Virus record (IMG/VR): IMGVR_UViG_2531839446_000008
Length of the DNA: 34,394 nucleotides
Origin: a virus
Lineage: Duplodnaviria > Heunggongvirae > Uroviricota > Caudoviricetes
Direction: 5' to 3' (one strand)
Part shown: positions 1 through 10,382 of the stretch, piece after piece
How positions within the stretch are numbered: the first letter of the stretch is position 1
Layout of the letters: the number at the start of each line of letters is the position of its first letter
Made by a program: the position numbers and the translations under genes
Notes under the pieces: model-generated
What the model saw: the letters and a program-made list of their open reading frames with translations, nothing else
What the model was told of the DNA's origin: nothing
Databases searched by the model: none

Positions 1-213
1 AAATTATTATTAATTTTTATGCGTTATACGGATAGCAGAAAACTCACGCCTGAAACGGATGCCAGTCACAAGACCGCTTCCCCGCAGCCCATCCGGCGAA
101 TTACCAGCCAGACACTGTTAGGTCCGGACGGCAAACTGATTATCGATCATGACGGGCAAGAATATCTGCTCCGTAAAACTCAGGCTGGCAAGCTGCTGTT
201 GACCAAGTAGCCT

Positions 214-1689
<1,476 letters not shown>

Positions 1690-1757
1690 CTAAACACCAG
1701 CAAACAGGAGGGTTATCGCTGAACCAACGTCGTTATCTGATTTATAGGAACCGCAGG

Positions 1758-2426
1758 TCACAGGCATCCCTGGAGAGCATGGAAATCAAAGGGGATAATC
1801 TGTGCCAATATTTCTGGCGTATCAATGCCCCCCGCGATGATGCAATTGCAACAAGGGGAAATTTGCGCCTGGATCGCACGAATAAACGGTTCGAAGGAAC
1901 GATGCGTGATTTGTTGCTGAATAAAACTTTTATCCAGCATGACGCGGGTGAAAAGACCATCAAAAACCGCTTTCATTGTGCTATTACCTGCACCCAAATT
2001 ACCTAACACAAGGGGATACATTTGCGATAAGGATAAAAGATCGCGATTATCTTTTCCTTCATTGAAATGCGGGTAATTCTCATTAATCAACAGTTCAATA
2101 AAGGGATATTTTAATAGTTCGCCTGCGAAATTATCCCTGTCTAATAATAATGTAGCCACTTGTGGCGTTAAATTAAGCCAGGCAAAGAGTTTATGTTGAA
2201 TAAAAAAGTGTTGGCATGATTTTAGTAATTCCAACTGTTCAGAAAATAATTGCCAATGTTGCTCCTCGGTAAGTTGCGCTATAACCCGACTCGTCGGGAT
2301 ACGAACCGTACCATCTTCACTGGAGAAATGGGTAATTAACTCAACGCCGACAAGGTCTTGCTGGTTATCTCTTATCGGCAGGAAATAGCAATCAGAATGA
2401 TAAAGATTCTCCAAAAAAATCTTCAT
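1758..2426 (-). CDS. ydiV: Anti-FlhDC factor YdiV (degenerate EAL-domain protein)
   Basis: 222-aa ORF beginning MKIFLENLYHSDCYFLPIRD, recognised as YdiV; sits between selO and nlpC as in E. coli. The C-terminus may differ from the K-12 length. Confidence 0.8.
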   Translation of the reverse strand: MKIFLENLYHSDCYFLPIRDNQQDLVGVELITHFSSEDGTVRIPTSRVIAQLTEEQHWQLFSEQLELLKSCQHFFIQHKLFAWLNLTPQVATLLLDRDNFAGELLKYPFIELLINENYPHFNEGKDNRDLLSLSQMYPLVLGNLGAGNSTMKAVFDGLFTRVMLDKSFIQQQITHRSFEPFIRAIQAQISPCCNCIIAGGIDTPEILAQIIPFDFHALQGCL

Positions 2427-2672
2427 GGTAACCGTCCCTCTCGAAGGATGTTTTTCAGTATCCGGCTAAAAGGGATGAGGCCATAAGACATAACAATTAC
2501 AGAAGGAGTAACTTTCATTTGTTCCATGTTAACCACTTTTTCAGGGGTCCTTTTTTTAGATTATCCTGATTATAAACGAATAATCCATTTACGGAATTTT
2601 TGTCTGCAAAATACTACTGTATTCAGGAGTAAATGGACGGCGATGTATCATCGCCGTCCATTTTTCGACATA

Positions 2673-3137
2673 CTAGATTCGTCTCGCCTGCCAGAAATTT
2701 TTCTGCCAATAGACATTATCAAGTGAGGAACGCATCACTCCCTTGCTGGTAGAGGCGTGGATAAATTGGTTGTTGGTATCGTAAATACCTACATGCAAAC
2801 CATTTTGTCCGGAACCCGTTTTGAAAAAGACCAGGTCACCTGGCAGCAACTCGTCTTTATCAATTTGCGTGCCAATAGAGGCTTGTTGCTTGGTTTCACG
2901 GGGCAGCTGCAAATCGAAACGATCGCGCATCGTCACAACCACAAATCCCGAACAGTCCACACCGCGCCGCGTCATGCCACCATAACGATACGGCGTGCCA
3001 TGCCAGCTTTGTAGCTGGTCGTTCAAACCGGCAATAACGGTAATCGAATCAGAAAGTCTGGCATTTGGCGGCGGTGCTTTATGGTGGCTACACCCGGCCA
3101 GAAACAGTGCTGTGATCAAAATAAGGCAGAAACGCAT
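2673..3137 (-). CDS. nlpC: NlpC/P60-family lipoprotein (peptidoglycan endopeptidase)
   Basis: 154-aa ORF with a lipoprotein signal and lipobox (LFLAGC) and a Cys-containing NlpC/P60-like core (DCSGF); located upstream of btuD. Confidence 0.85.
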   Translation of the reverse strand: MRFCLILITALFLAGCSHHKAPPPNARLSDSITVIAGLNDQLQSWHGTPYRYGGMTRRGVDCSGFVVVTMRDRFDLQLPRETKQQASIGTQIDKDELLPGDLVFFKTGSGQNGLHVGIYDTNNQFIHASTSKGVMRSSLDNVYWQKNFWQARRI

Positions 3138-3214
3138 TCCGTACGGTTCCTCTGTTTTTTATTCTTGCATTAATTTAGCGTCGTAATTACCCGATTTTCA
3201 AGATACTAATGAAA

Positions 3215-3964
3215 TCAGATGGTCGAAATCAGCATTCTGTGACCTTCGATATCCAGACGGCGAAAATTCATCCCATAGGCCTGCGCCAGATTTGCCGGCG
3301 TGAGCACCTCTTCTCTGCGTCCACTGGCCAGCATTTTTCCACCTTTTAGCAACCACGCCCGATGCGCATGACGCAATGTGTGGTTGAGATCGTGACTGCT
3401 CATCACAATCGCCAGTCCTTGCTGACACAGCGCGCTCAGAATTTTGTCTAAGGCGCTTTGTTGCGCAACATCAAGACTGTTCATCGGCTCATCAAGAAGC
3501 AGCAATTGGCCTGCGGGATTGGCTTGTGGTGTGATTTGCAGCACCACCGCAGCAAGACGTACGCGTTGCCATTCACCGCCGGAAAGTTGATTGGTGCTAC
3601 GTCCGAGTTTGTCATCAAGAGCCAGCGCCCCTGCGACATCATTCAGTAGTTCGGTACGCGTTTTATCGTGCTGATGCAGTGTCAGGTAGTGCCAGACCGG
3701 CATTGCAAACGGCGGCGTCTGCTGTTGTGAAAGATAGGCGCGATGCAGCGCGAGCTTTGTTGCAGACCATGCTTCCAGTGGTTGCCCCGCGAACTGAATG
3801 CTTCCCTTACCGCTGGTCATTCCGGCCATTCGCGCCAGTAAGGTACTCTTACCCGCGCCATTCGGCCCCACCAGGTGCAGGATCTCCCCAGCCCGAACCT
3901 CGCCAGAAAGCGGCCCCAGGCGGGTGGATTCCGCAACATCCTGTAACTGCATCACAATAGACAT
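3215..3964 (-). CDS. btuD: Vitamin B12 ABC transporter ATP-binding protein BtuD
   Basis: 249-aa ORF with Walker A (GPNGAGKST), ABC signature (LSGGEWQR) and Walker B (LLLDEP); last gene of the btuCED arrangement. Confidence 0.9.
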
Positions 3965-4515
3965 TATTTTGCCAACGCCAGTTTAATGCTTTCCATCACA
4001 ATGGGATCTTCCGGCGTCATATCCGGGGAAAAACGCTGGATGACCTTTCCGTCCCTGCCAACTAAAAATTTCTCAAAATTCCATAAAATATCATCAGGGT
4101 ACAGCGGTGCACGACCTTTGCTGACCATACGGGCATAGAATCCGCTCTCTTCCGGCGCGACTGCAGTCGGCGCTGCGGCAATCAATTTTTGATACAGCGG
4201 ATGGCGTCCTTCGCCATTAACTTCAATCTTACTGAACATCGGGAACGTCACCCCCCATGTGGTGGTGCAGTAAGTTTTAATCTCTTCATCGCTACCCGGT
4301 TCTTGCTCCAGAAACTGGTTACACGGAAATCCCAGCACCACAAAACCACGATCAGCCCAGGCTTTCTGAATATTCTCCAACTGCTCATATTGCGGCGTTA
4401 AGCCACACTTTGAGGCGACATTGACAATCAACAGCACATTACCGGCGTACTTCTCCAGCGTGGTCACTTCACCGTCGATATCTTTCACTACGGTCGTCAG
4501 AATGGAATCTTGCAT
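3964..4515 (-). CDS. btuE: Glutathione peroxidase-family protein BtuE
   Basis: 183-aa ORF with a GPx-like N-terminus ([17 protein letters not shown]) between btuC and btuD; its stop overlaps the btuD start. Confidence 0.9.
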
Positions 4516-4576
4516 CGTTTCTCCTGGGTGTGGTCAGTAAAAATCTTAGCTTTTAATCATAGACCGTCTTTTGCGG

Positions 4577-5557
4577 CTAACGTCCTGCTTTTAACAATAA
4601 CCAGATAAACACCGGCGCACCCAACGTTGCGGTGACCACGCCAATTGGCAGCTCTGCGGCAGCTAATGCCAGGCGCGCTACAATATCGGCCAGCAGCAAT
4701 GCGCTCGCCCCTGCCAGCGCGCAGCCGGGAAGTAATACGCGATGATCGGTTAAACCACACAGCCGGAGAATATGTGGGATCACCAGACCAATAAAGCCGA
4801 TAGCACCCGCCAGCGCCACACTGACGCCAACCATCCAGCCGGTCGCTGCCACCAGCACATTGCGCCAGAACCACAGGGGTAAACCCAGTTGCCGCGCCGA
4901 GATCTCGCCAAGTGCTAACATATTCATCGGCCTGGACTGACAACAGATCCACAACAATACGGGGATCAATGCCACCATCAGCCAGCTTTGCCGCCAGTCT
5001 ACGCCGCCAAAACCGCCCATCATCCAGTACATCAGCTGACGTAAATCAACAGAGGTGGAAAAGTAGATAGCCCACGTCATTAGTGCGCTACAGATAATCC
5101 CTAATGCAACGCCAGCCAGCAATAACCGACTGGTCGAAAGATGACGACGAGCGAAACGTAAGAGTATTAAAGTGATGATAAGTGCGCCTGCAATCGCACA
5201 CAGCCCTAGCGCCCAGTTGGGGAGTTGCCCTTGCCCAAGCAATACCGCGGCGATAAGCCCCACGCCTGCGCCGTTAGAGACGCCAAGTAGTCCAGGTTCT
5301 GCCAGAGGATTTTCAAACAACGCCTGCATTACAGCGCCGGATATAGCCAGCGCCGCACCAACCAGCAATACAGCCAGCGTACGTGGCAGGCGAATTTGCC
5401 AGACGAACAGTTCGCCACGAGGAGAAAACCAGTCACCTGGCAAAATCCATAGTTCACCGGCGCAAAGGCTTAAGAGAAGCGCCAGCAGCATCAAAACTGA
5501 CAGGCATAATAACCAGCGAATATTTTGTCGCTGCTGTTGGCGGGCAAGTGTCAGCAT
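4577..5557 (-). CDS. btuC: Vitamin B12 ABC transporter permease BtuC
   Basis: 326-aa highly hydrophobic multi-pass ORF of the FecCD permease type at the head of btuCED. Confidence 0.9.
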   Translation of the reverse strand: MLTLARQQQRQNIRWLLCLSVLMLLALLLSLCAGELWILPGDWFSPRGELFVWQIRLPRTLAVLLVGAALAISGAVMQALFENPLAEPGLLGVSNGAGVGLIAAVLLGQGQLPNWALGLCAIAGALIITLILLRFARRHLSTSRLLLAGVALGIICSALMTWAIYFSTSVDLRQLMYWMMGGFGGVDWRQSWLMVALIPVLLWICCQSRPMNMLALGEISARQLGLPLWFWRNVLVAATGWMVGVSVALAGAIGFIGLVIPHILRLCGLTDHRVLLPGCALAGASALLLADIVARLALAAAELPIGVVTATLGAPVFIWLLLKAGR

Positions 5558-5613
5558 GGTATCCGTTCTGCTGAAGTGTCATGGCGTTGATTTTACGGTG
5601 ACTCTTCGACAGT

Positions 5614-5640
5614 GAAAAGAAAAAAGGCCGCAGAGCGGCC
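5614..5640 (-). terminator. Rho-independent terminator for a minus-strand transcript
   Basis: GGCCGC-aga-GCGGCC hairpin (5626-5640) preceded on the plus strand by an A-run, i.e. followed by a U-run on the minus-strand transcript; lies downstream of the 5750..6187 cargo gene. Confidence 0.5.
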
Positions 5641-5749
5641 ATAATTACATTCAAAAATCAATAAGTTACATGATTATCAATAACTTACAGACACACAAAA
5701 ACACAGCCAACCACAGCAAGTAACAGTGATGTGGTCACTTTGTGGATCA

Positions 5750-6187
5750 TCAGCCAACAAATTTAGCAACAAAATACGCGACCGCCGCCGTGAAAATGGT
5801 TGTGCACACTGGCACAATAATGCCACTCCAACGCCACTTCGTATTATCATCAACCTTGTCAAACCGCCGATTCATCTCATCCATAATCTTGTCAAAGCGT
5901 TTATCCATCGCTTCGGTAAGCTCACCCTTCAGGCTGTTAATGTCTGATTTGAGCTGCTCTTTCAGATTAGCTGTATCAGATTTAAGCTCACCTTTCAGAT
6001 TCGCAATATCGCATTCAAGCTCACCTTTCAGATGAGCAATGTCTGCTTTGAGCTCACCCTTCACCTCACCAACATCGGCTTTGGTTGAGAGGTTTGTAGT
6101 GCGTTCAGCAAGCGTCGCAAGGTCGTTTCTTGTTAGCGATAAATCACTTTCGAGTCGCTCAATTCGCCTTTCAAGTTTATCTGACAT
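5750..6187 (-). CDS. Coiled-coil protein with C-terminal transmembrane anchor (prophage cargo; function unknown)
   Basis: Start chosen at MSDKLERR, which has a strong SD (GGAGGTGGA) just upstream; the ORF could extend to 6304. Contains 11-residue LKGEL-type repeats and a hydrophobic C-terminal tail (IIVPVCTTIFTAAVAYFVAKFVG). Visibly AT-rich. Confidence 0.6.
   Translation of the reverse strand: MSDKLERRIERLESDLSLTRNDLATLAERTTNLSTKADVGEVKGELKADIAHLKGELECDIANLKGELKSDTANLKEQLKSDINSLKGELTEAMDKRFDKIMDEMNRRFDKVDDNTKWRWSGIIVPVCTTIFTAAVAYFVAKFVG
5918..6082. repeat. Five tandem 33-bp repeats inside the coiled-coil cargo gene
   Basis: Units of the form aagctcacc(t/c)ttcag...n...ttt repeat head-to-tail at 5918, 5951, 5984, 6017 and 6050, encoding the 11-aa LKGEL repeats. 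Confidence 0.8.
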
Positions 6188-6287
6188 TCCACCTCCACTA
6201 CTGCCGCCATCGCCGCCATGATAAAGCACATCACGCTCAGAATGCGACATACTACCTGCTGAATTACCGAACAGGTTTCTTGCTACA

Positions 6288-6683
6288 TTACCCATTTTCA
6301 CCATCCTGTGCTTTGTCTTTCTCCAACCACTTCAGCACCGCAGACGTACGGTAAAGGCTCAGGTAACCACAATTCAGGCAATGCAGCGTGTAATAAGTTT
6401 TGCGCATATCAGGTATGCTCTTAACATCACCCAAAAAAGTATAAGATACATAATGCTTTATGTTCTCTTTAATTAACTCACTCTGCTCCTCCAAGGGTAG
6501 ATTGTTAAAATTTTCTGGTTTCTTATTTTTATCCCAGCAAAGATCCATACTTTCAGGCACAGATAATCGAGACGATCCACATGAAGGGCAGACACTGGAA
6601 ACCTCCTTCTCAGACAAGAAACGGAAGAAGATTTCTGGCGTAATCTCCATCAGCCGCTCCTTATGTTTATTGACACGACTCAT
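6288..6683 (-). CDS. Hypothetical small protein with CxxC...CxxC zinc-ribbon-like motifs (prophage cargo)
   Basis: 131-aa ORF with CPSCG near the N-terminus and CLNCG near the C-terminus; its stop overlaps the extended ORF of the downstream coiled-coil gene. AT-rich. Confidence 0.5.
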   Translation of the reverse strand: MSRVNKHKERLMEITPEIFFRFLSEKEVSSVCPSCGSSRLSVPESMDLCWDKNKKPENFNNLPLEEQSELIKENIKHYVSYTFLGDVKSIPDMRKTYYTLHCLNCGYLSLYRTSAVLKWLEKDKAQDGENG

Positions 6684-6788
6684 CGACTTCTTATTGATTT
6701 CATCAGCTTCTTCTTTGCATTTATCTTCTATATATTTCGATAGTAAATAGTCATATAACTCTTTTTTGTAGGTTTTTTATTTCCATAG

Positions 6789-7766
6789 TTACATTCCTCC
6801 CAAGGGATTAAACCTCACCGCATCCTGCAGGTAATCCGGCGCAAGATGGGCATAAATCATCGTTGTCTGAATCTTTGCGTGCCCCAGAATTTTCTGGAGC
6901 GTCAGAATATTACCGCCGTTCATCATGAAATGACTGGCGAAGGTGTGGCGCAGCGCATGAACAGCCTGGCCGTCAGGAACATCAGGTGCGACCGTTTTGA
7001 TGACATCGCGAACCAATGGATAATCCAGCGTTGGAAACACTAGTTTCCCGCCCCGTTTTTTGATCTTTTCAAACAGATTTTCGGAGATCGGGACAGTGCG
7101 GTTTTTACTGTTCTTCGTTTTTGAAAAAGTGATTCGACAATGAAGAACACGGCGCTGCTCCAGTGCCGCTACCTCGCCCCATCGCGCCCCGGTCGACAGA
7201 AGGATTTCGACAGCCAGCCGTTCATCGGGATTTTCAGCCAGTGCATCCAGCAACTGAACACATTCAGACTTACTCAGGTATCCCATTTCGCGCTCGTTAA
7301 CCTTCATTCCTTTAAGGCCTTGAACGGGGTTATCGTTAAGAAAATGGCCGGATGAGATGAGTGCGGTAAACATCGCGCTTAACGCCCCAATCTCTCGATT
7401 TATGGTGCTGGGCTGTATCCCCTGCTCTATCCTGGACACACGTAGCTCGGTGAGCATCGTTGTATTAAGTTTATGCACGCACGGGTCATCCATTGCCTCA
7501 CTCAAGCGCAGCAATTTAAGGCGCGTGTTATGCCCTGACTTCATTAGCTGGCCGTGGTATTTCCACCACAAGTCAATAAGCACTGACAGAGGACGGCGAT
7601 CAATAGAGTTTCCTTTCCACTCATTGTTATGCTGTTGCGCCAGCACCCACCGCTCATATAAAACTGCATCCGATTTCGTTTTAAATTTTTTACGAATGCG
7701 TTTGCCTTTACGCCCCTCCGGGCGCATGTCAAGAAGATACCCTCCCGGAATTGATTTTATGCTCAT
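6789..7766 (-). CDS. int: Phage integrase (tyrosine recombinase), P2 Int-like
   Basis: C-terminal catalytic region contains HALRHTFASHF and the LGHAKIQTTMIYAHL motif with the catalytic Tyr. Start set at the internal MSIKS Met, because the longer 375-aa ORF would overlap the repressor gene. Confidence 0.85.
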   Translation of the reverse strand: MSIKSIPGGYLLDMRPEGRKGKRIRKKFKTKSDAVLYERWVLAQQHNNEWKGNSIDRRPLSVLIDLWWKYHGQLMKSGHNTRLKLLRLSEAMDDPCVHKLNTTMLTELRVSRIEQGIQPSTINREIGALSAMFTALISSGHFLNDNPVQGLKGMKVNEREMGYLSKSECVQLLDALAENPDERLAVEILLSTGARWGEVAALEQRRVLHCRITFSKTKNSKNRTVPISENLFEKIKKRGGKLVFPTLDYPLVRDVIKTVAPDVPDGQAVHALRHTFASHFMMNGGNILTLQKILGHAKIQTTMIYAHLAPDYLQDAVRFNPLGGM

Positions 7767-7815
7767 TCGTGAAACCCCAGCGTTACAAGACCACCATGCC
7801 CCCAGCGTTCCATGA

Positions 7816-8127
7816 TTAGCCGGGCTGTGTACCAGTCTTGCGGGATTTTTGAGAAGACGATGTGTTTTCTGGCCCATCAGGGGAGAGAGAGGGACTGATC
7901 TGCCCAGCAGCCTCATTTGTTTTTCCCGTCATAAGCCATATAGTGTATTTTTCGAAATCCTTAGAATTAATTACGCGATCAACAACGCTTAAACCAACCT
8001 CTCTTTTACCGCTCTCATAATTCTTTATAGTTCCGAGATTTATCCCAGTAACATCTGCAAACTCAGCTTGAGTTAACCCTTCACTTTTCCGTATCTCTTT
8101 CAGTTTTTTTTCGTACCCACTTGACAT
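7816..8127 (-). CDS. C: P2 C-type immunity repressor (HTH)
   Basis: 103-aa ORF whose HTH (LTQAEFADVTGINLGTIKNYESG) and following YTIWLMTG motif resemble P2 repressor C as I recall it; divergent from the early operon. Confidence 0.75.
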   Translation of the reverse strand: MSSGYEKKLKEIRKSEGLTQAEFADVTGINLGTIKNYESGKREVGLSVVDRVINSKDFEKYTIWLMTGKTNEAAGQISPSLSPDGPENTSSSQKSRKTGTQPG

Positions 8128-8218
8128 GGTGGTCTCCAGACGACTAAATTAACCCTAAAAGTCGCCTAGAGACGACTTTTAGCAACAAATAACCACAGAC
8201 TGAACAGGTTATCACATC
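8128..8218. promoter_or_regulatory. Immunity switch region (divergent Pc/Pe promoters and operator)
   Basis: Intergenic between C (minus) and the cox-like gene (plus); direct repeats AGACGACT at 8138-8145 and 8170-8177 and a TTGACA hexamer at 8121-8126. Confidence 0.45.
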
Positions 8219-8497
8219 ATGACAAAGCTCTTGAACACATACGAGCAAGCGGATTTTGAGCGTTTGGCGGCGTTCTACCCATACCGCGATGAGCATGGAT
8301 TACCGGTACTCGAAGAAAGCCTGAAAGATTACGCGAAGCGTACCAATCAAACTGTTAATGCAGTGAAAAGGCAGGCTGACAGAGCAGCCCTTCCCATCAA
8401 CCAAGAAGAAAAAAACTCAAAACGTACAGTAAATCTCTTCGCAATTTTCCTGAAAACCATCAGAAACGCAGAGAAATACGTGCAGATGACAAAATAA
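8219..8497 (+). CDS. Cox/Apl-like early regulatory protein (putative excisionase/transcriptional switch)
   Basis: First gene of the early rightward operon; 92 aa, with an HTH-like segment (RTNQTVNAVKRQADRAALPI) similar in pattern to the P2 Cox HTH. Confidence 0.45.
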   Translation: MTKLLNTYEQADFERLAAFYPYRDEHGLPVLEESLKDYAKRTNQTVNAVKRQADRAALPINQEEKNSKRTVNLFAIFLKTIRNAEKYVQMTK

Positions 8498-8511
8498 CGA
8501 GGTGTCATTTT

Positions 8512-8850
8512 ATGCTGAAGCAACGCCGTAATTTTCGTACCGGAGCAGAACGCCACGCTAACCGTTTCACTACCAGTGCATCACGCAGCAACATCCGCTA
8601 CAGCCTGAGTGATACACACGCAACGCCGGATGGCTACCCAGTAAAACAAATCGGCGAGCACGCCTGGCTGATTGAGAAAGCTGGAATCGTGATCCACAAA
8701 TGCCCACGCAATCCGTTTACCGGAAACCGCATTTTTGCATTGAGCTGTGGCGACAATCAGTTTGGGCAGGATTTCACATTGTACGAAGCGCTACGCACAG
8801 TTGATCGTCTGCTGCGCGGACAGAATTTCATTAAACAGGCTGATTTATAA
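8512..8850 (+). CDS. Hypothetical early-operon protein
   Basis: 112-aa ORF in the early operon; no recognisable motif. Confidence 0.4.
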   Translation: MLKQRRNFRTGAERHANRFTTSASRSNIRYSLSDTHATPDGYPVKQIGEHAWLIEKAGIVIHKCPRNPFTGNRIFALSCGDNQFGQDFTLYEALRTVDRLLRGQNFIKQADL

Positions 8851-8860
8851 CAGGTGCTTT

Positions 8861-9148
8861 ATGACCAAAGACCATGCACAAGGTGTATTTATCCGTTTTA
8901 TTGATTTTCGCGGTGAACTGTTATTACGTGCATCCGCTATTGACGGAGTGACTCCGGCGGGTAAAAACGGAGCCGACGAAGCCACTTACGTTTATCTGAA
9001 CGGCACGCGACTGCTTGTGGAACTTCCGTACCAGACCGTACGAGAAATCATCAGCGAAGCTGAAAAGGCACGCCAGGTTAATGGCGATGAACCCTATATC
9101 GAAATTATTTGTATGGATTCAGAAGCTGAAATACAGAAAGCAGATTAA
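8861..9148 (+). CDS. Hypothetical early-operon protein
   Basis: ATG at 8861 (MTKDHAQ...) within the longer 8747 ORF; 95 aa. Confidence 0.4.
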   Translation: MTKDHAQGVFIRFIDFRGELLLRASAIDGVTPAGKNGADEATYVYLNGTRLLVELPYQTVREIISEAEKARQVNGDEPYIEIICMDSEAEIQKAD

Positions 9149-9159
9149 AGGGCGTTGTG

Positions 9160-9402
9160 ATGGGCAAAGAATATAAAACTCTCATTAACAAAGCACTTGA
9201 GCGTTTTTATTTTCGCTTAAGTGCATCAGGCGCTCATGCTGAACGTGCGGCCCGTGACTCATTGACCAGAGCAATCCGAAGTCTGTATGACGTGGCTTTT
9301 TACGCTGATGATCTGGATGCACTTAACGAACTTTCCGAGCTGATCTGTGCCGCAGAATGCGGGGAACATATTGAACCGTATAAGCTGGGAAATATCGCAT
9401 GA
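9160..9402 (+). CDS. Hypothetical early-operon protein
   Basis: 80-aa ORF (GTG at 9157 or ATG at 9160). Confidence 0.4.
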   Translation: MGKEYKTLINKALERFYFRLSASGAHAERAARDSLTRAIRSLYDVAFYADDLDALNELSELICAAECGEHIEPYKLGNIA

Positions 9403-9512
9403 GTATATTTATCTCATGGCTTGTTCTGATTATTTCGGTGGCCTGCGCCATTGGGATTATGCGAATTATTAATTCAGTGAAAAAGATTGAACGCTTTTTC
9501 ACTGGCGAATAA
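9399..9512 (+). CDS. Putative 37-aa single-pass membrane peptide
   Basis: Not in the ORF track (below its length cut-off). ATG overlaps the upstream stop (ATGA at 9399-9402); translation MSIFISWLVLIISVACAIGIMRIINSVKKIERFFTGE has one hydrophobic helix and a basic C-terminus. Confidence 0.3.
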   Translation: MSIFISWLVLIISVACAIGIMRIINSVKKIERFFTGE

Positions 9513-9598
9513 CAGCGCAAATAAAACCACAGGTTAAATAAGAAAATGTAAAAACAATCCGCATTCGCGGAGGTATTCACACACGCCAAGGAGGCGTA

Positions 9599-9802
9599 AT
9601 GGCAATTAAGCATTTTCCTGTCGTTCGTTTTACCTCCAGAGGACGTGAATACGAAGTCGACGAACGCCTGATTACCACAATCGACAAACACCGTTCGGAA
9701 AAGGATGCACACCACATCTACCTCACTGACGGCACTTACTTCTGCGCCACCAACGTGGCGCGGGTGAATCTTATCCGACAGGTACAGGAGCCACGCAAAT
9801 GA
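9599..9802 (+). CDS. Hypothetical early-operon protein
   Basis: 67-aa ORF preceded by an SD (aaggagg); its stop overlaps the next start. Confidence 0.4.
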   Translation: MAIKHFPVVRFTSRGREYEVDERLITTIDKHRSEKDAHHIYLTDGTYFCATNVARVNLIRQVQEPRK

Positions 9803-10065
9803 CCATTCTGGACTACATCACTACACATCCGGGTTGTAGCGGCGGAGAAATCGCCGCAGCACTGAACACCCCAACCACAGCTATTAATGCTGAGTTACGC
9901 CGACTTTGGCGCAGCGGCTTAGTCATCAGAACAAACCGCAGCACAGGTGGTCGCGCTCGCAAAACTGGAGGCCAGGCTTCTTACCACGCAAACCCGATGC
10001 CGTTCGGGTGTAGCAATCCACTTACTCACATGTTTAACCAGCTACTGAAGGAAGCCAGAACATGA
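9799..10065 (+). CDS. Putative winged-helix DNA-binding protein
   Basis: 88-aa ORF with a MarR/wHTH-like segment (GCSGGEIAAALNTPTTAINAELRRLWRSGLV); translationally coupled on both sides. Confidence 0.4.
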   Translation: MTILDYITTHPGCSGGEIAAALNTPTTAINAELRRLWRSGLVIRTNRSTGGRARKTGGQASYHANPMPFGCSNPLTHMFNQLLKEART

Positions 10066-10361
10066 GCACCATCAACCACCAGAAGCTACGCGAACTGGCA
10101 TTTGCCCTGCAACGAATGGCAACGCCTCAAAAATTACTGGCATTTCGCGCAATGCTCTCGCCGTCTGCTGTGCTGGCACTGCTGGATCAGCTGGAGCACG
10201 CCAAAACCACGGCCCCTGCCATTCGCCTGACGCTCCATCATGAAATCGCTGATTTCTGCGCAACGCTGGGAGCACCTGGCGAACCGGAAACGCCGGAAGC
10301 AATGCAGCAAGAGCTGCTGCAACGCATTGACAAGGTTTTTGATTTTTTTCTGAACCAGTAA
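10062..10361 (+). CDS. Hypothetical early-operon protein
   Basis: 99-aa ORF; its start overlaps the upstream stop. Confidence 0.4.
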   Translation: MSTINHQKLRELAFALQRMATPQKLLAFRAMLSPSAVLALLDQLEHAKTTAPAIRLTLHHEIADFCATLGAPGEPETPEAMQQELLQRIDKVFDFFLNQ

Positions 10362-10382
10362 GAAACCAGAACATGCACACAC

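Noticed and set aside
5172-5615. 147-aa plus-strand ORF
   Set aside because: Antisense to btuC, Ala/Ser/Pro-rich low-complexity translation; shadow ORF.
6789-7916. Full 375-aa integrase ORF
   Set aside because: The first ~50 codons overlap the repressor gene on the same strand; the internal Met (MSIKS...) gives a P2-Int-sized product, so the N-terminal extension is probably not translated.
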